64,000 bases of DNA, from contig JBEKKK010000002.1 of the NCBI GenBank assembly GCA_050010755.1, forward strand, positions 128,001-192,000, given 5' to 3'. The notes under the pieces were generated by a model, which worked only from the letters and a program-made list of their open reading frames with translations, had not been told where the DNA came from and searched no databases. This stretch comes from Candidatus Bathyarchaeia archaeon (lineage in GTDB: Archaea; Thermoproteota; Bathyarchaeia; Bathyarchaeales; Bathycorpusculaceae). The translations under genes and the position numbers were made by a program. The first letter of the stretch is position 1. Each line of letters starts with the position of its first letter. Of this stretch, positions 7,838 to 17,889 are shown in pieces.

Positions 7838-10269
7838 CGGAGAAGAAGGAGTCGAAGCAGGAGCAAGAGGAGCAGGTTCGAATCGGAGTCTACGTCTGCC
7901 ACTGTGGTTTGAACATCGCGGGTTCGGTTGACTGTGAGGAGGTCGCCAAGTATGCGGGAACGTTGCCCAACGTTGTTCTGGCCCAGGACAATCGTTACAC
8001 GTGTTCGGATCAGGGGCAGGCTGGAATAAAGAACGATATTAAGGAGCACAAGTTGAATCGGGTCGTCGTGGCCTCGTGTTCTCCCCGCCTTCATGAGCCG
8101 ACGTTCAGGAAAACGTGTGAAGATGCCGGTTTGAACAAGTACTTGTTTGAGATGGCTAACATTCGTGAACACTGCAGTTGGGTTCACCTTTACGACAAGG
8201 AGGCTGGTACAGAGAAGGCTAAGGATCTTGTGAAGATGGCTGTGGCCAAGGCTACGTTGCTTGAGCCTGCGGTCGAGGCTGAAGTGCCCATTACTAGAAG
8301 GGCCTTGGTCATCGGCGGCGGCGTGGCTGGCATCCAAGCGTCTCTAGATCTCGCTGACACTGGTTACAAGGTGTATCTGGTGGAGAAGGAGCCGAGCATC
8401 GGCGGGATGATGGCTAGGATTGACAAGACTTTTCCCACCATGGACTGTTCGATTTGCATTCTTGCTCCGAAGATGTCTGACGCGGGCCATCATCCGAATA
8501 TTGAGCTGTTGACTAACAGTGAGGTCAGCGAGGTGAAAGGGTACATCGGCAACTTTCACGTGAAGGTGTTGAGGAAGCCGCGTTACGTGACGAAGGATTG
8601 CTCGGCCTGCGGAGAGTGCGTGAAGGTCTGTCCAATCGCGGTTCCGAACGAGTTCGACGTTGGTTTGGCGGTTAGGCATGGAATATACACGCCTTTCGCT
8701 CAGGCTGTTCCTTCAACTTACATTATCGACATGAACCTGTGCCTCAATAAGGACGGCGTCATCGTGTGCGACAAGTGCGTAAAAGCGTGTGACAGGCAGG
8801 CGATAAGCTTCGAGACGAAGCCCGTGACTGAGGAGCTTGAAGTGGGCACGATAATCGTGGCGACTGGAGCAGACGTGTTCGACCCTACTGTGCTGCCTAA
8901 CCTCGGGTACGGTAAGATTCCCAACGTGATCACATCTCTTGAGTTTGAGAGGCTAATCAACGCTGGCGGACCATCGGGCGGCCATTTGATAAGGCCGAGC
9001 GATAGGCAGATTCCCAAGCGTGTAGCGTTTGTTCAATGCGTTGGCTCAAGGTCTGAAAAGACCGGAAAACTGTACTGCAGCAACGTTTGCTGCATGAACA
9101 CGATCAAGGACAGCCTTTTGATTAAGGAGCATTGGCCAGACACTGAAATCTACGTTTTCTACGTTGACATAAGGGCCTACGGCAAGGGTTTTGAGGACCT
9201 GTACAAGCGAGCCAGAAATGCAGGCGTTGTGTTCGTCCGAGGATTGCCGGCGCAGATTGTGGAGGATAAGAAGACGCATAACGTGTGGCTGATAGGCGAG
9301 AACACGTTAAGGAACGAAGTTTACAGGATTAACGCTGACATGGCGATTCTGTCGATAGGGCTGGAGGCTAGGAAGGACAGCGAGACGATTCAGCGGTTGC
9401 TGACGCTCTCGAGGAACCAGGACGGTTTCTTCTTGGAGGCACATCCGAAGCTCAGACCTGTCGACGCTGCTACGGGCGGCGTTTTCTTCGCCGGTTGCGC
9501 CGAGTCTCCAAAGGACATAAAGGACAGTGTGACACAGGCCAGCGCGGCTGCGGCTCGAGCAGGCATACTCATGGCGAAAGGGCACGTGACGGTTGAAGCA
9601 ATCACGCCCATCACGTTTCCTGAAAAGTGCAAGGCCTGCGGACTCTGCGTGAAGGTCTGCCCTTACAATGCCATCAGTTTGAACAAGGATTTGAAGAGGG
9701 TTGAAATCATCGAGGCGGCATGCGGCGGCTGCGGCACGTGCGCGGCCGAGTGCAACTTCGGTGCTTTGACTCAGAAGCACTTCACGGACGAGCAGATAAT
9801 TGCCCAGATAGATGCGATTACTGAGAATGAGCCTGAGAAGAAGATCGTCGCTTTCTGCTGCAACTGGTGTTCGTATGCAGGCGCGGACTTTGCCGGAGTT
9901 AGTCGTATGCAATATCCACCTAACGCGCGGATTATAAGGACGATGTGTTCTGGACGTGTTTCTCAAAAATTTGTCGAAAGGGCTTTCGCGCGTGGCGCCG
10001 CCACTGTGCTCGTGTCCGGCTGCCACCTAGGCGACTGTCATTACATCAACGCGAACTACCAGACGCAGAAGCGGATGGAGCGGTTGTGGAAGAAGATGGA
10101 GCAGAGCGGTTTGGACAAGCAGCGTCTGCAGCTTCTGTGGGCTTCTGCGGCCGAGGGCGAAAAATTCGCGTCAAAAATGCGTGAGATGAAGACGATAGTG
10201 GACAAGGTTAAGCTTGAGGAGATCGAGAAGGGCAAGAAGGTTTTTGCAAAAGTTTTGGAGGGCGACTAG
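7834..10269 (+). CDS. hdrA: Heterodisulfide reductase subunit A fused to an intact MvhD domain
   Basis: CHCG/CSP/EHCSWVH, GGGVAG, FPTMDCSIC, ferredoxin inserts, QCVGSR/CSNVCCM; MvhD FCCNWCSY...MCSGR...GCHLGDCHY. Confidence 0.95.
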   Translation: MTEKKESKQEQEEQVRIGVYVCHCGLNIAGSVDCEEVAKYAGTLPNVVLAQDNRYTCSDQGQAGIKNDIKEHKLNRVVVASCSPRLHEPTFRKTCEDAGLNKYLFEMANIREHCSWVHLYDKEAGTEKAKDLVKMAVAKATLLEPAVEAEVPITRRALVIGGGVAGIQASLDLADTGYKVYLVEKEPSIGGMMARIDKTFPTMDCSICILAPKMSDAGHHPNIELLTNSEVSEVKGYIGNFHVKVLRKPRYVTKDCSACGECVKVCPIAVPNEFDVGLAVRHGIYTPFAQAVPSTYIIDMNLCLNKDGVIVCDKCVKACDRQAISFETKPVTEELEVGTIIVATGADVFDPTVLPNLGYGKIPNVITSLEFERLINAGGPSGGHLIRPSDRQIPKRVAFVQCVGSRSEKTGKLYCSNVCCMNTIKDSLLIKEHWPDTEIYVFYVDIRAYGKGFEDLYKRARNAGVVFVRGLPAQIVEDKKTHNVWLIGENTLRNEVYRINADMAILSIGLEARKDSETIQRLLTLSRNQDGFFLEAHPKLRPVDAATGGVFFAGCAESPKDIKDSVTQASAAAARAGILMAKGHVTVEAITPITFPEKCKACGLCVKVCPYNAISLNKDLKRVEIIEAACGGCGTCAAECNFGALTQKHFTDEQIIAQIDAITENEPEKKIVAFCCNWCSYAGADFAGVSRMQYPPNARIIRTMCSGRVSQKFVERAFARGAATVLVSGCHLGDCHYINANYQTQKRMERLWKKMEQSGLDKQRLQLLWASAAEGEKFASKMREMKTIVDKVKLEEIEKGKKVFAKVLEGD

Positions 10270-10270
10270 T

Positions 10271-10549
10271 ATGCCAGAAAGGATTCGACATGCCCCGCTT
10301 GACCTGGAAAAAGTCAAACCTGCAAAAATGGAGATCCATCTCATCAAGGATGAGTGCAAAGGATGCGGCTACTGCATCGAATACTGTCCCAAGAAGGTGT
10401 TGGAACAGTCGGACGAAATAAATGCCAGGGGAGTTCACCCTCCCAGAATCGTGGACGAGAGCCAGTGCATTAACTGCAGCTTCTGCAGCATAGTCTGCCC
10501 GGACTTTGCGATTTTCGTTACTGAGAAGAAGAACAAGGAGGAGAAGTGA
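10271..10549 (+). CDS. korD: 2-oxoacid:ferredoxin oxidoreductase delta subunit (2x[4Fe-4S])
   Basis: CKGCGYCIEYCP and CINCSFCSIVCPDFAI; directly precedes the alpha subunit. Confidence 0.88.
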   Translation: MPERIRHAPLDLEKVKPAKMEIHLIKDECKGCGYCIEYCPKKVLEQSDEINARGVHPPRIVDESQCINCSFCSIVCPDFAIFVTEKKNKEEK

Positions 10550-10550
10550 A

Positions 10551-11702
10551 ATGCCCAAAGCGAAGAGTGCGTTAACTGGCGCCCATTTCCTGAACGGCGA
10601 CATCGCCTGTGCCGAAGGCGCAATAGCGGCTGGATGCAGGTTTTTTGCAGGTTACCCGATTACGCCAGCAACAGAGATCGCCGAACATCTGTCTATGAGA
10701 ATGCCCGAATTTGGCGGAATCTACATTCAGATGGAGGATGAGATTGCGTCGATGGCGGCCGTCATCGGTGCTTCTTATTCCGGTTTGAAGGCCATGACCG
10801 CGACTTCGGGGCCTGGTTTCAGCCTCATGCAGGAGAACATAGGGCTTGCCGTTATGACGGAGGCTCCGTGCGTGATCGTGGACGTTATGCGAGGCGGTCC
10901 GAGCACTGGGCAGCCGACCTTGCCCGGACAGCAGGACGTGATGCAAGCCAAATGGGGTTCGCATGGCGATTATGGCATAATAGCTCTTTCGCCCAGTTCG
11001 GTTCAGGAGATGTTCGATTTAACCGTTGAAGCCTTCAACCTTTCTGAGACTTACCGCGTTCCGACCCTGCTGATGGGCGACGAGATAGTGGGTCACATGT
11101 GGGAGAAAGTGGTCATTCCTCCTCCCGACAAGATACGAATTGTAAACAGAAAGAAGCCGAACGTTCCACGAGAGAAGTATCTGCCGTTCAAGCCTGACGA
11201 AAATCTGGTGCCGTCCATGGCCTGTTTCGGCGAGGGCTTCCGTTTTCACGCGACGGGTTTGACGCACAACGAACACGGTTATCCGAGGACCACGAGTTCC
11301 GAGGTTCAGTCTCAACTCGTTCATCGTCTGGTCGACAAGATTCAGAAGAACGCGGACAAGATAGTCAGGGTTGAGGAAGTTATGCTTGAAGACGCCGACA
11401 TCGTCGTCGTCGCTTACGGCATTGTTGCCCGTGCTGGGCTGAGCGCGATTAGAAAGGCTAGAGAGAAAGGCATCAAGGCAGGATTGTTGAGGCTGATAAC
11501 ACTGTGGCCCTTCCCGGAAAAACAGGTTGCTAAAGCAGCGCAGAGCGCTAGGGCGATTGTTGTGCCAGAGATGAACTGTGGGCAGATGGTCCGAGAGGTT
11601 GAGAGAGCTGCAAAAGAGACCCCTGTTGCGTTTCTCTCAAAGTTGGGGGAGGATCCTCACACTCCACTGGAGATTCTTGAGGTCATAAGGAGGAGCAAGT
11701 AG
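10551..11702 (+). CDS. korA: 2-oxoacid (2-oxoglutarate-type):ferredoxin oxidoreductase alpha subunit
   Basis: FAGYPITPATE, QMEDEIA, TATSGPGFSLMQE, RGGPSTGQPT, PEMN. Confidence 0.93.
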   Translation: MPKAKSALTGAHFLNGDIACAEGAIAAGCRFFAGYPITPATEIAEHLSMRMPEFGGIYIQMEDEIASMAAVIGASYSGLKAMTATSGPGFSLMQENIGLAVMTEAPCVIVDVMRGGPSTGQPTLPGQQDVMQAKWGSHGDYGIIALSPSSVQEMFDLTVEAFNLSETYRVPTLLMGDEIVGHMWEKVVIPPPDKIRIVNRKKPNVPREKYLPFKPDENLVPSMACFGEGFRFHATGLTHNEHGYPRTTSSEVQSQLVHRLVDKIQKNADKIVRVEEVMLEDADIVVVAYGIVARAGLSAIRKAREKGIKAGLLRLITLWPFPEKQVAKAAQSARAIVVPEMNCGQMVREVERAAKETPVAFLSKLGEDPHTPLEILEVIRRSK

Positions 11703-12563
11703 ATGGTTCAAGAAAATGTTCCGCCGGTCATTTTGCATCCGTTTTCGAAGTATCTGAGAGAAGATATGATGCCGCACATCTGGTGTCAGGGTTGTGGCAA
11801 CGGTGTATTGTTGAACGCTTTCGTGCACGCGTTGGATGAACTTCAAACGGACTTGGACAAGTTGGTCGTCGTTTCAGGCATTGGCTGCATCGGAAGAAGT
11901 GCTGGGTACATGAACACGGATTCCTTCCATACAACACATGGTCGTGCCCTACCCTTTGCAACAGGAGTCAAGTTGGCAAACCCTGAGTTAGAGGTCGTCG
12001 TCATAAGTGGTGATGGTGACCTCTTCGCTATAGGAGGAAACCATTTCATTCACGCGGCCAGGAGAAACATCGGCATCAAAGTGCTATGTGCAAACAACCT
12101 GAACTACGGCATGACTGGAGGTCAGCAGGGCCCCACCACGCCGCTTGACTCGGTGACCACCACAAGCATGTACGGGAACATCGAGCATCCGTTCAACCTT
12201 GTCCACTTGGCGGCAGCCTCGGGCGCCACCTACGTGGCCCGCTGGACATCTTTGCACGTGCGCAGGTTGACGCAGTCTATCAAGAAGATGCTGCAGAAGG
12301 AGGGCTTCTGTTTCATTGAGATGCTCTCACCTTGTCCTGAAATCTATGGCCGCTACAACAAGATGCGGTCGGGCCTCGAAATGATGGGCTGGTTCAAAAA
12401 GGCCTCAGTTGTCGAAAACTTTTCAGATCCGTCGAAGGCCGATATCACTGCGGACAGGATAGTCGTTGGCGAATTCGTTGATATCAATAAGTTGAGCTAC
12501 GAGAAGATGCTGCACGAGAAGATTTCAAAGATAAACGAAAAGGCGATGGAAAAGGTGAGTTAG
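11703..12563 (+). CDS. korB: 2-oxoacid:ferredoxin oxidoreductase beta subunit (TPP-binding)
   Basis: WCQGCG, SGIGC, HTTHGRA, GDGD...IGGNHFIHAARRN, YGMTGGQ. Confidence 0.93.
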   Translation: MVQENVPPVILHPFSKYLREDMMPHIWCQGCGNGVLLNAFVHALDELQTDLDKLVVVSGIGCIGRSAGYMNTDSFHTTHGRALPFATGVKLANPELEVVVISGDGDLFAIGGNHFIHAARRNIGIKVLCANNLNYGMTGGQQGPTTPLDSVTTTSMYGNIEHPFNLVHLAAASGATYVARWTSLHVRRLTQSIKKMLQKEGFCFIEMLSPCPEIYGRYNKMRSGLEMMGWFKKASVVENFSDPSKADITADRIVVGEFVDINKLSYEKMLHEKISKINEKAMEKVS

Positions 12564-12564
12564 C

Positions 12565-13107
12565 ATGAGAGTCGAGGTTAGGTTCGCAGGCTTCGGAGGC
12601 CAGGGAATAATCAAGTCTGGGATAATCGTGGCGGCAGCGGCTTCCATACACTCAGACAAGAACGCTGTTCAAACGCAGTCTTACGGTCCTGAGTCGCGTG
12701 GGGGAGCGTGCAAGTCCGAAGTCGTGATTTCTGAGGAAGACATTGATTTCCCGAAGGTTGTCGAGCCCGATGTGTTGGTAGTGATGTCGCAGGCCGCTTA
12801 CAACGATTACGCAGATGACGTTAAGCCTGGGGGCACGGTGATTCTGGATCCCGACATGATTCCGCGCCGGAAGGAAATGAAGGGCCTAAGGGTCTATCAA
12901 GTTCCCGCAACGAAGATTGCGGAGGAACTGGGAAGAAGAATAGTTGCAAACATCGTCATGTTAGGCGCGTTCACCGCCATCACCGAGCTGATGGATGAAA
13001 AAGCGTTGAAGGAGTCTGTCAAGGAAAACATTCCCAAGGGAACTGAAGAGTTAAACCTGGCAGCCTTCGACAAGGGATTCGAATACGGAAAGACCTTCAA
13101 AAACTAG
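12565..13107 (+). CDS. korC: 2-oxoacid:ferredoxin oxidoreductase gamma subunit
   Basis: GFGGQG, QSYGPESRGG, NIVMLGA. Confidence 0.93.
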   Translation: MRVEVRFAGFGGQGIIKSGIIVAAAASIHSDKNAVQTQSYGPESRGGACKSEVVISEEDIDFPKVVEPDVLVVMSQAAYNDYADDVKPGGTVILDPDMIPRRKEMKGLRVYQVPATKIAEELGRRIVANIVMLGAFTAITELMDEKALKESVKENIPKGTEELNLAAFDKGFEYGKTFKN

Positions 13108-13109
13108 GT

Positions 13110-13718
13110 TTACGCGCTCTGCTGAACTTGCGGTTGGGACGCGACAGATACTACTTTTGAGCCCCTGACGCCTACGTGACGCAGTGGAGCGATTTTTTTT
13201 GCGTCGTTGTATATGTCAGACGCTATTTTTCCGAGAACGATTTCCTGTGCGAGCTGATCCATCGTGAGGGCGGAGGCTTTTTCTTTCATTATCTTGTCCA
13301 TTATGGCGCGCAGGATCTTTTCCTGTGATGTTTTGATTCTTGAGAGTGTAAAAGCGCTGACAGCTATTCTCAAGGTGTACCCGTCTTTCGTCGTGACCTT
13401 GAACAGGCCGTCAACCTTCGTTGTTCTGCGTCTCACTAGGCTTCGCAGGTAATCCCGCGAGTATTCATGCCCCTTAAACATTGTCTTAGCCGTTTTGCCG
13501 TCGATTTCGGTTATCTGGAAGCGCATCTTCAGGTACTGGTGGGCAAAATCGTTCGTAATGTCGTAAAGCGTCGAGTCGATTACTCTTCCGATGAGTTTCT
13601 CCGGTTCATCAGCAGGGACTCCGCCAAGCTCGACGTTTCCAAAGTAGGGTGGAGCCGTTACCATGTACCACTGCTTGCTTCGCCACTTGTCGCGCACTTT
13701 CTTCGTTTTTGAAGACAC
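13110..13718 (-). CDS. rps3ae: 30S ribosomal protein S3Ae (eS1)
   Basis: RDKWRSKQWY..APPYF, DYLRSLVRRRTTKVD, KKIAPLRHV. Confidence 0.95.
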   Translation of the reverse strand: MSSKTKKVRDKWRSKQWYMVTAPPYFGNVELGGVPADEPEKLIGRVIDSTLYDITNDFAHQYLKMRFQITEIDGKTAKTMFKGHEYSRDYLRSLVRRRTTKVDGLFKVTTKDGYTLRIAVSAFTLSRIKTSQEKILRAIMDKIMKEKASALTMDQLAQEIVLGKIASDIYNDAKKIAPLRHVGVRGSKVVSVASQPQVQQSA

Positions 13719-13768
13719 TGTTATCCTCCGGGTGCAGCTTGAATGTTCACATCAGACTATTAAAAGTT

Positions 13769-15058
13769 TTACCGTTTGTACGTTATTTTTTCGATACCGC
13801 CCATGTATTTTCTCAGGGCTTCGGGAACCGTTATTGATCCGTCTTCCTGCTGATAGTTTTCGAGGATGGCAACGATTGTTCTTCCTGTTGCGAGGGCTGT
13901 TGAGTTCAGGGTGTGGACGAAGCCTTTGGGTGCTTCCCCTTCTTTTTCTCTGTACTTGATGTTTAATCTTCTGGCCTGATAGTCGGTGCAGTTACTGCAA
14001 GAAACCAATTCTCGATAGGCGCTCTGCGCCGGCATCCACGCTTCAATGTCGTATTTTTTCGCGGCCACGGTTCCGATGTCGCCCGTGCACACGTTCACAA
14101 CACGGTACGAAAGCCCGAGTTTCCGAACAATCTCCTCAGCGTTGTGTATCAGTTCTTCATGGATTTTCCACGAGTCTTCAGGCTTGCAGAACACGAACTG
14201 TTCAACCTTGTTGAACTGGTGCGTTCGAAAAATCCCCTTCGTGTCCTTGCCATGCGCCCCTGCTTCTTTCCTGAAACAGGGGCTAAATCCTACAAGTTTG
14301 AGAGGAAGGTCTTCTGCTCTCAGGACTTCGTCCATGTACATTGACGCCATAGGGTGCTCAGCGGTCGCGATGAGGTACAGGTCTTCGTTTTCAATCTTGT
14401 AGAGCACGTCTTCGAAGTCGCTCAGGGCGACTGCTCCTTCGTAGGGTTTGCGTCTGATAAGAAAAGGCGGCTCGATTGGCTCGTAGCCCTTCTTGCTCAT
14501 TTCTTCCAGGGCGAAGCTGATGATGGCGTTGTCGAGGAAGACGGCTTCGTTCTTGAGATAGAAGAATCTTGCTCCGGCGATTTTTCCCGCCCTCTCGATG
14601 TCTATGATGTCAAGGTTAAGGCCTAGGTCTATGTGGCCTTTTACTGGAAAACTGAACTTGGGTGTCTTGCCCCATTTTCTGATTTCAACGTTATCGTTTT
14701 CGTCCTTGCCCACGGGCACGGTTTCATGGAGCAGGTTTGGCAGGCGCATCAGCAGGTCGTGCACCTTCTCTTCCCATTCGCTGACGTGCCCTTCGAGAGT
14801 GCTGATTTCATTATCCGTTTTTTTTGCCTTGGAGATTTTGTCAGCGGCGTCTTCACCCTTTTTCTTCGTCGTGGCTATCTCGGCGGTTATCTGCTTTCTC
14901 TCGTGGCGAAGCTCGTTCAGTCTGGTTAAGCCTTGCCGCCATTGTTTGTCATAATCGATTAGGCTCTCGAGCATTTTCTCGTTTCCAGGATCTCCCCTCT
15001 TCTTCAAATTGTTCCTTATAGAGTCTGGGTTTTCCCGAATGAGCTTGATATCAAGCAT
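13769..15058 (-). CDS. serS: Serine--tRNA ligase (standard type)
   Basis: MLDIKLIREN, coiled-coil arm, LIATAE, CFRKEAG, FRTHQFNKVEQF, ELVSCSNCTDYQARR, HTLNST. Confidence 0.97.
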   Translation of the reverse strand: MLDIKLIRENPDSIRNNLKKRGDPGNEKMLESLIDYDKQWRQGLTRLNELRHERKQITAEIATTKKKGEDAADKISKAKKTDNEISTLEGHVSEWEEKVHDLLMRLPNLLHETVPVGKDENDNVEIRKWGKTPKFSFPVKGHIDLGLNLDIIDIERAGKIAGARFFYLKNEAVFLDNAIISFALEEMSKKGYEPIEPPFLIRRKPYEGAVALSDFEDVLYKIENEDLYLIATAEHPMASMYMDEVLRAEDLPLKLVGFSPCFRKEAGAHGKDTKGIFRTHQFNKVEQFVFCKPEDSWKIHEELIHNAEEIVRKLGLSYRVVNVCTGDIGTVAAKKYDIEAWMPAQSAYRELVSCSNCTDYQARRLNIKYREKEGEAPKGFVHTLNSTALATGRTIVAILENYQQEDGSITVPEALRKYMGGIEKITYKR

Positions 15059-15748
15059 TTTCCGTCACTTGCAACCTTTACCGTTAGCCCCGAATCGTCT
15101 ATTTAACGTTGCGATCGAAATTGCACGGGAACCGAACAATGTTTCAGAGGGCCGGTAACTCTTCAGATGCGTCGTCAACGCGATATGAACGGCGCGCGCG
15201 GGCGAATTAGATAATTCGGGGAAGTGCTGAATGGGCTTTGTTTTTTGTTGAAACTGTTGGAACGTGAAGTGGCAAAGAGTCTTAACATGTCTGCTGGTTG
15301 TTGACGGCAATTGTATCATCGGCTCTTGTGCGCTTGTCGATGAGTTTGGAGAGGTTTGAGCAGGTGTAAGAGCAAGCTGGACCGAAGCCGTTGTCTTGTC
15401 TTCACCATCATTAAACGGAATAATCCTGAAATCGTCCTGAAGACGGGCACTTGTACAGTGAGTTTGCATAATGTTATGAGTGAGTTTCGAGTCTGAACAG
15501 AGCCTGCTGGAAGCTTCTATTGCATAACACAGCCTCCGCACAGCCTAATTCCGAAAAAACTTTTTTCTCGAATCAAACCTCGCGCCAAACCTAAGCGCGC
15601 GCTGCCCTGTGTTATGTCCAAAAACATCGCTGAAGACTCGTGGAGCTTTTTTCCTGTGGAAACTCAAGCAACGTTCGTTGTTCGTTTCGTGTGCGTTAGC
15701 TATAAAAGGCAAAGGTTTGCTATTATGAATGGTTGAAGCTTGGGAATC

Positions 15749-16087
15749 ATGAGTGAAGTATCTGAAAGTGGCAAGCCGGTTTCGCCTGAGAAACTTTTGA
15801 TTGATGATCCCTCCAACTTTCTGTTTCATGCCGCTTTTCTCACTTATTCTGAAGCGTTTGACAAGACTGTTGATCCTGAGGGTAAGAAACAACTCAATGA
15901 CAGCATCGTGGCTCTTCAGCAGAATCAAATAGACTGCCAAACTTTCTACAGGAATATCAGTCGCTTCCGAGAAGATAATGGGACAGCCCCGCGCACCTTC
16001 GGCCGATTGCAAATCAAGACGCAGAGAAAACGAGAGTGGCGCAGACAAACGCAGAAACACGAGAGGATCGAGCGGCACAAGAAATAG
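15749..16087 (+). CDS. Hypothetical protein with a very basic C-terminus
   Basis: Clean 112-aa ORF with TATA-like sequence upstream; tail TQRKREWRRQTQKHERIERHKK. Confidence 0.65.
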   Translation: MSEVSESGKPVSPEKLLIDDPSNFLFHAAFLTYSEAFDKTVDPEGKKQLNDSIVALQQNQIDCQTFYRNISRFREDNGTAPRTFGRLQIKTQRKREWRRQTQKHERIERHKK

Positions 16088-16151
16088 ACGACTTCCAGCA
16101 ATTAGCATCCGTGAAGTCTCGAATATCGAAATTTCATGACAAGGCTCATGG

Positions 16152-17165
16152 GTGAGAGATTTGGAAGCTTGGAAAACTGTCTTGAAAGGAGACTCAACGG
16201 AGTGGCTGTTGGGTGAAGAAAATCCTTCCGTGCGTTACTTCACTTTGCGTGACGTTTTAGACAAGAGCGAGAACGATCCAAAGGTAAAGAAATCCAGAAA
16301 GGCGATAATGCAGATCGGCCCCGTTCCCAAGATTTTATCCAAACAGAAGAGCGATGGCTACTGGGGAGTTGCTGAAAATTTCTACCGTGGCAAATACAAG
16401 TCGACAGTTTGGCAGCTCATGGTTCTGGCAGAGCTTGGGGCGGATCCTGACCACGAGCGAGTGAAAAGTGCTTGCGAATTCATTCTCGAGCATTCCCAAG
16501 ATATTGAGAGTGGCGGTTTCAGCTACATGAGCGCTTCAACTGGCGGAGGAGCGCATGGCAAGGTGTTACCGTGTCTCACTGGAAATATGATTTGGAGTTT
16601 GATCAAACTCGGCTATTTGAAGGATGCAAGAGTTCAGAAAGGAATAGACTGGATAGTCAAGTATCAGAGGTTTGATGACGCAGTGAAAGAGGCGGCGAGT
16701 GGGTGGCCTTACGACGGACATGAAAGGTGCTGGGGCAGACACAGCTGTCATATGGGTGTGGTGAAGGCGTTGAAGGCGTTAGCAGAAGTCCCCGCCGATG
16801 AAAGATCCGAAGATCTGCAACGTGCTATTCGGAAGGGAACTGAATACTTCCTCCTGCATCACGTGTACAAGAGAAGCCATGACTTAACGCGTGTTTCTAA
16901 GCGAGAGTGGCTGCAATTTGGTTTTCCGCTGATGTGGAACACAGACGTCTTGGAGATAATGGGCATCTTGACGAAGCTGGGTTGCCGTGACGAACGCATG
17001 CAGGAAGCTGTGGATCTAGTGGTTTCAAAACAAGATCGCCTCGGCAGGTGGAAGCTCGAAAGAAGCTTCAACGGCCGCCTACAAGTAAACATTGAACAGA
17101 AGGGCAAGCCGAGTAAGTGGGTCACTCTGAACGCCCTAAAGGTTCTGAAGCAATTCTGCATCTAA
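16152..17165 (+). CDS. Prenyltransferase/squalene-oxidase-repeat (alpha/alpha barrel) protein of unknown function
   Basis: WLL...NPSVRY, QKSDGYW, YQRFDD, QDRLGRW QW-like repeats, GKPSKWVTLNALKVL. Confidence 0.75.
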   Translation: MRDLEAWKTVLKGDSTEWLLGEENPSVRYFTLRDVLDKSENDPKVKKSRKAIMQIGPVPKILSKQKSDGYWGVAENFYRGKYKSTVWQLMVLAELGADPDHERVKSACEFILEHSQDIESGGFSYMSASTGGGAHGKVLPCLTGNMIWSLIKLGYLKDARVQKGIDWIVKYQRFDDAVKEAASGWPYDGHERCWGRHSCHMGVVKALKALAEVPADERSEDLQRAIRKGTEYFLLHHVYKRSHDLTRVSKREWLQFGFPLMWNTDVLEIMGILTKLGCRDERMQEAVDLVVSKQDRLGRWKLERSFNGRLQVNIEQKGKPSKWVTLNALKVLKQFCI

Positions 17166-17372
17166 CCTAGGAAGCACTGAAATAGTACGAAGGCTGGTTC
17201 GACCATACAAACGCGTGCTCGACTTTTCTTTTGTTGATCAAGATGGAAATACAGACTTTCTGAAACCAAAGAATACAGCTTTTCTCGAACGGCGTCTAAG
17301 CAACCTGAATAGAGCGCGCGCGGCTATGGAAAATTAGCTTAGGTGCCATTCTTGGATAAGCATCCGTTTTCG

Positions 17373-17889
17373 TCAGGTTTTTGTGAAGCTGTATGTGTGT
17401 TTTCCCTTTTTCAAGAGTCGGAATAGACTCTGGCTTGTAATTTTGGAAGTTATTTCACCTTCGTTCAAATGGTGGTCGCTGAAAGATAGTATACCTTCAG
17501 GTTTCAGGATTCGGTGCAATTCTGTCAAGACTGAGTCTTGATCCTCTAGGTCGTGAAAGACATCGTAGAGCAGCACAACGTCTATGCTGTTGTCGTGCAG
17601 TCCAGTTTTGCAGTCAGAAAAATATAGTTTCTACGTTCTGAAGTTTCTTCTTTGCAGTAAGTCTCTTAACCATTTCAAGGGCGACGGGCATCACATCTAA
17701 AGCGTACAATCTGCCGTTTTCTCCTATCAGCTCGGAAACGGGAGCGATGTAGCCTCCAGGTCCACAGCCGTAGTCGAGCACCTTGAAACCTCCCTTAATC
17801 CCGACCTCTTTCATTACTTCCATGCGGGGTCTTAGCCTGTCTCGAATTCTGAATTCCAAAGCCATGAGTTTAAACCACAAGTCTGACAA
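17373..17889 (-). pseudogene. Class I SAM-dependent methyltransferase, frameshifted
   Basis: VLDYGCGPG in 17614-17889; continuation SDCKTGLHDNSIDVVLLYDVFHDL...ILKPEG in another frame; one extra T in ATA-TTTTT-CTGAC (~17618-17622). Confidence 0.8.

Noticed and set aside
7369-8337. 322-aa antisense ORF and the many other shadow ORFs in the track
   Set aside because: They lie opposite or within well-supported genes and show no motifs
6395-10269. Selenocysteine recoding in HdrA/MvhD
   Set aside because: Both HdrA frames are uninterrupted and have no in-frame TGA at Cys positions
15065-15541. 158-aa minus-strand ORF
   Set aside because: No recognisable motifs and it runs through the likely serS promoter; probably spurious
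16152-17165. Nitrogenase NifH or a true squalene-hopene cyclase
   Set aside because: No P-loop or NifH Cys motifs; single barrel length and no DXDD motif seen
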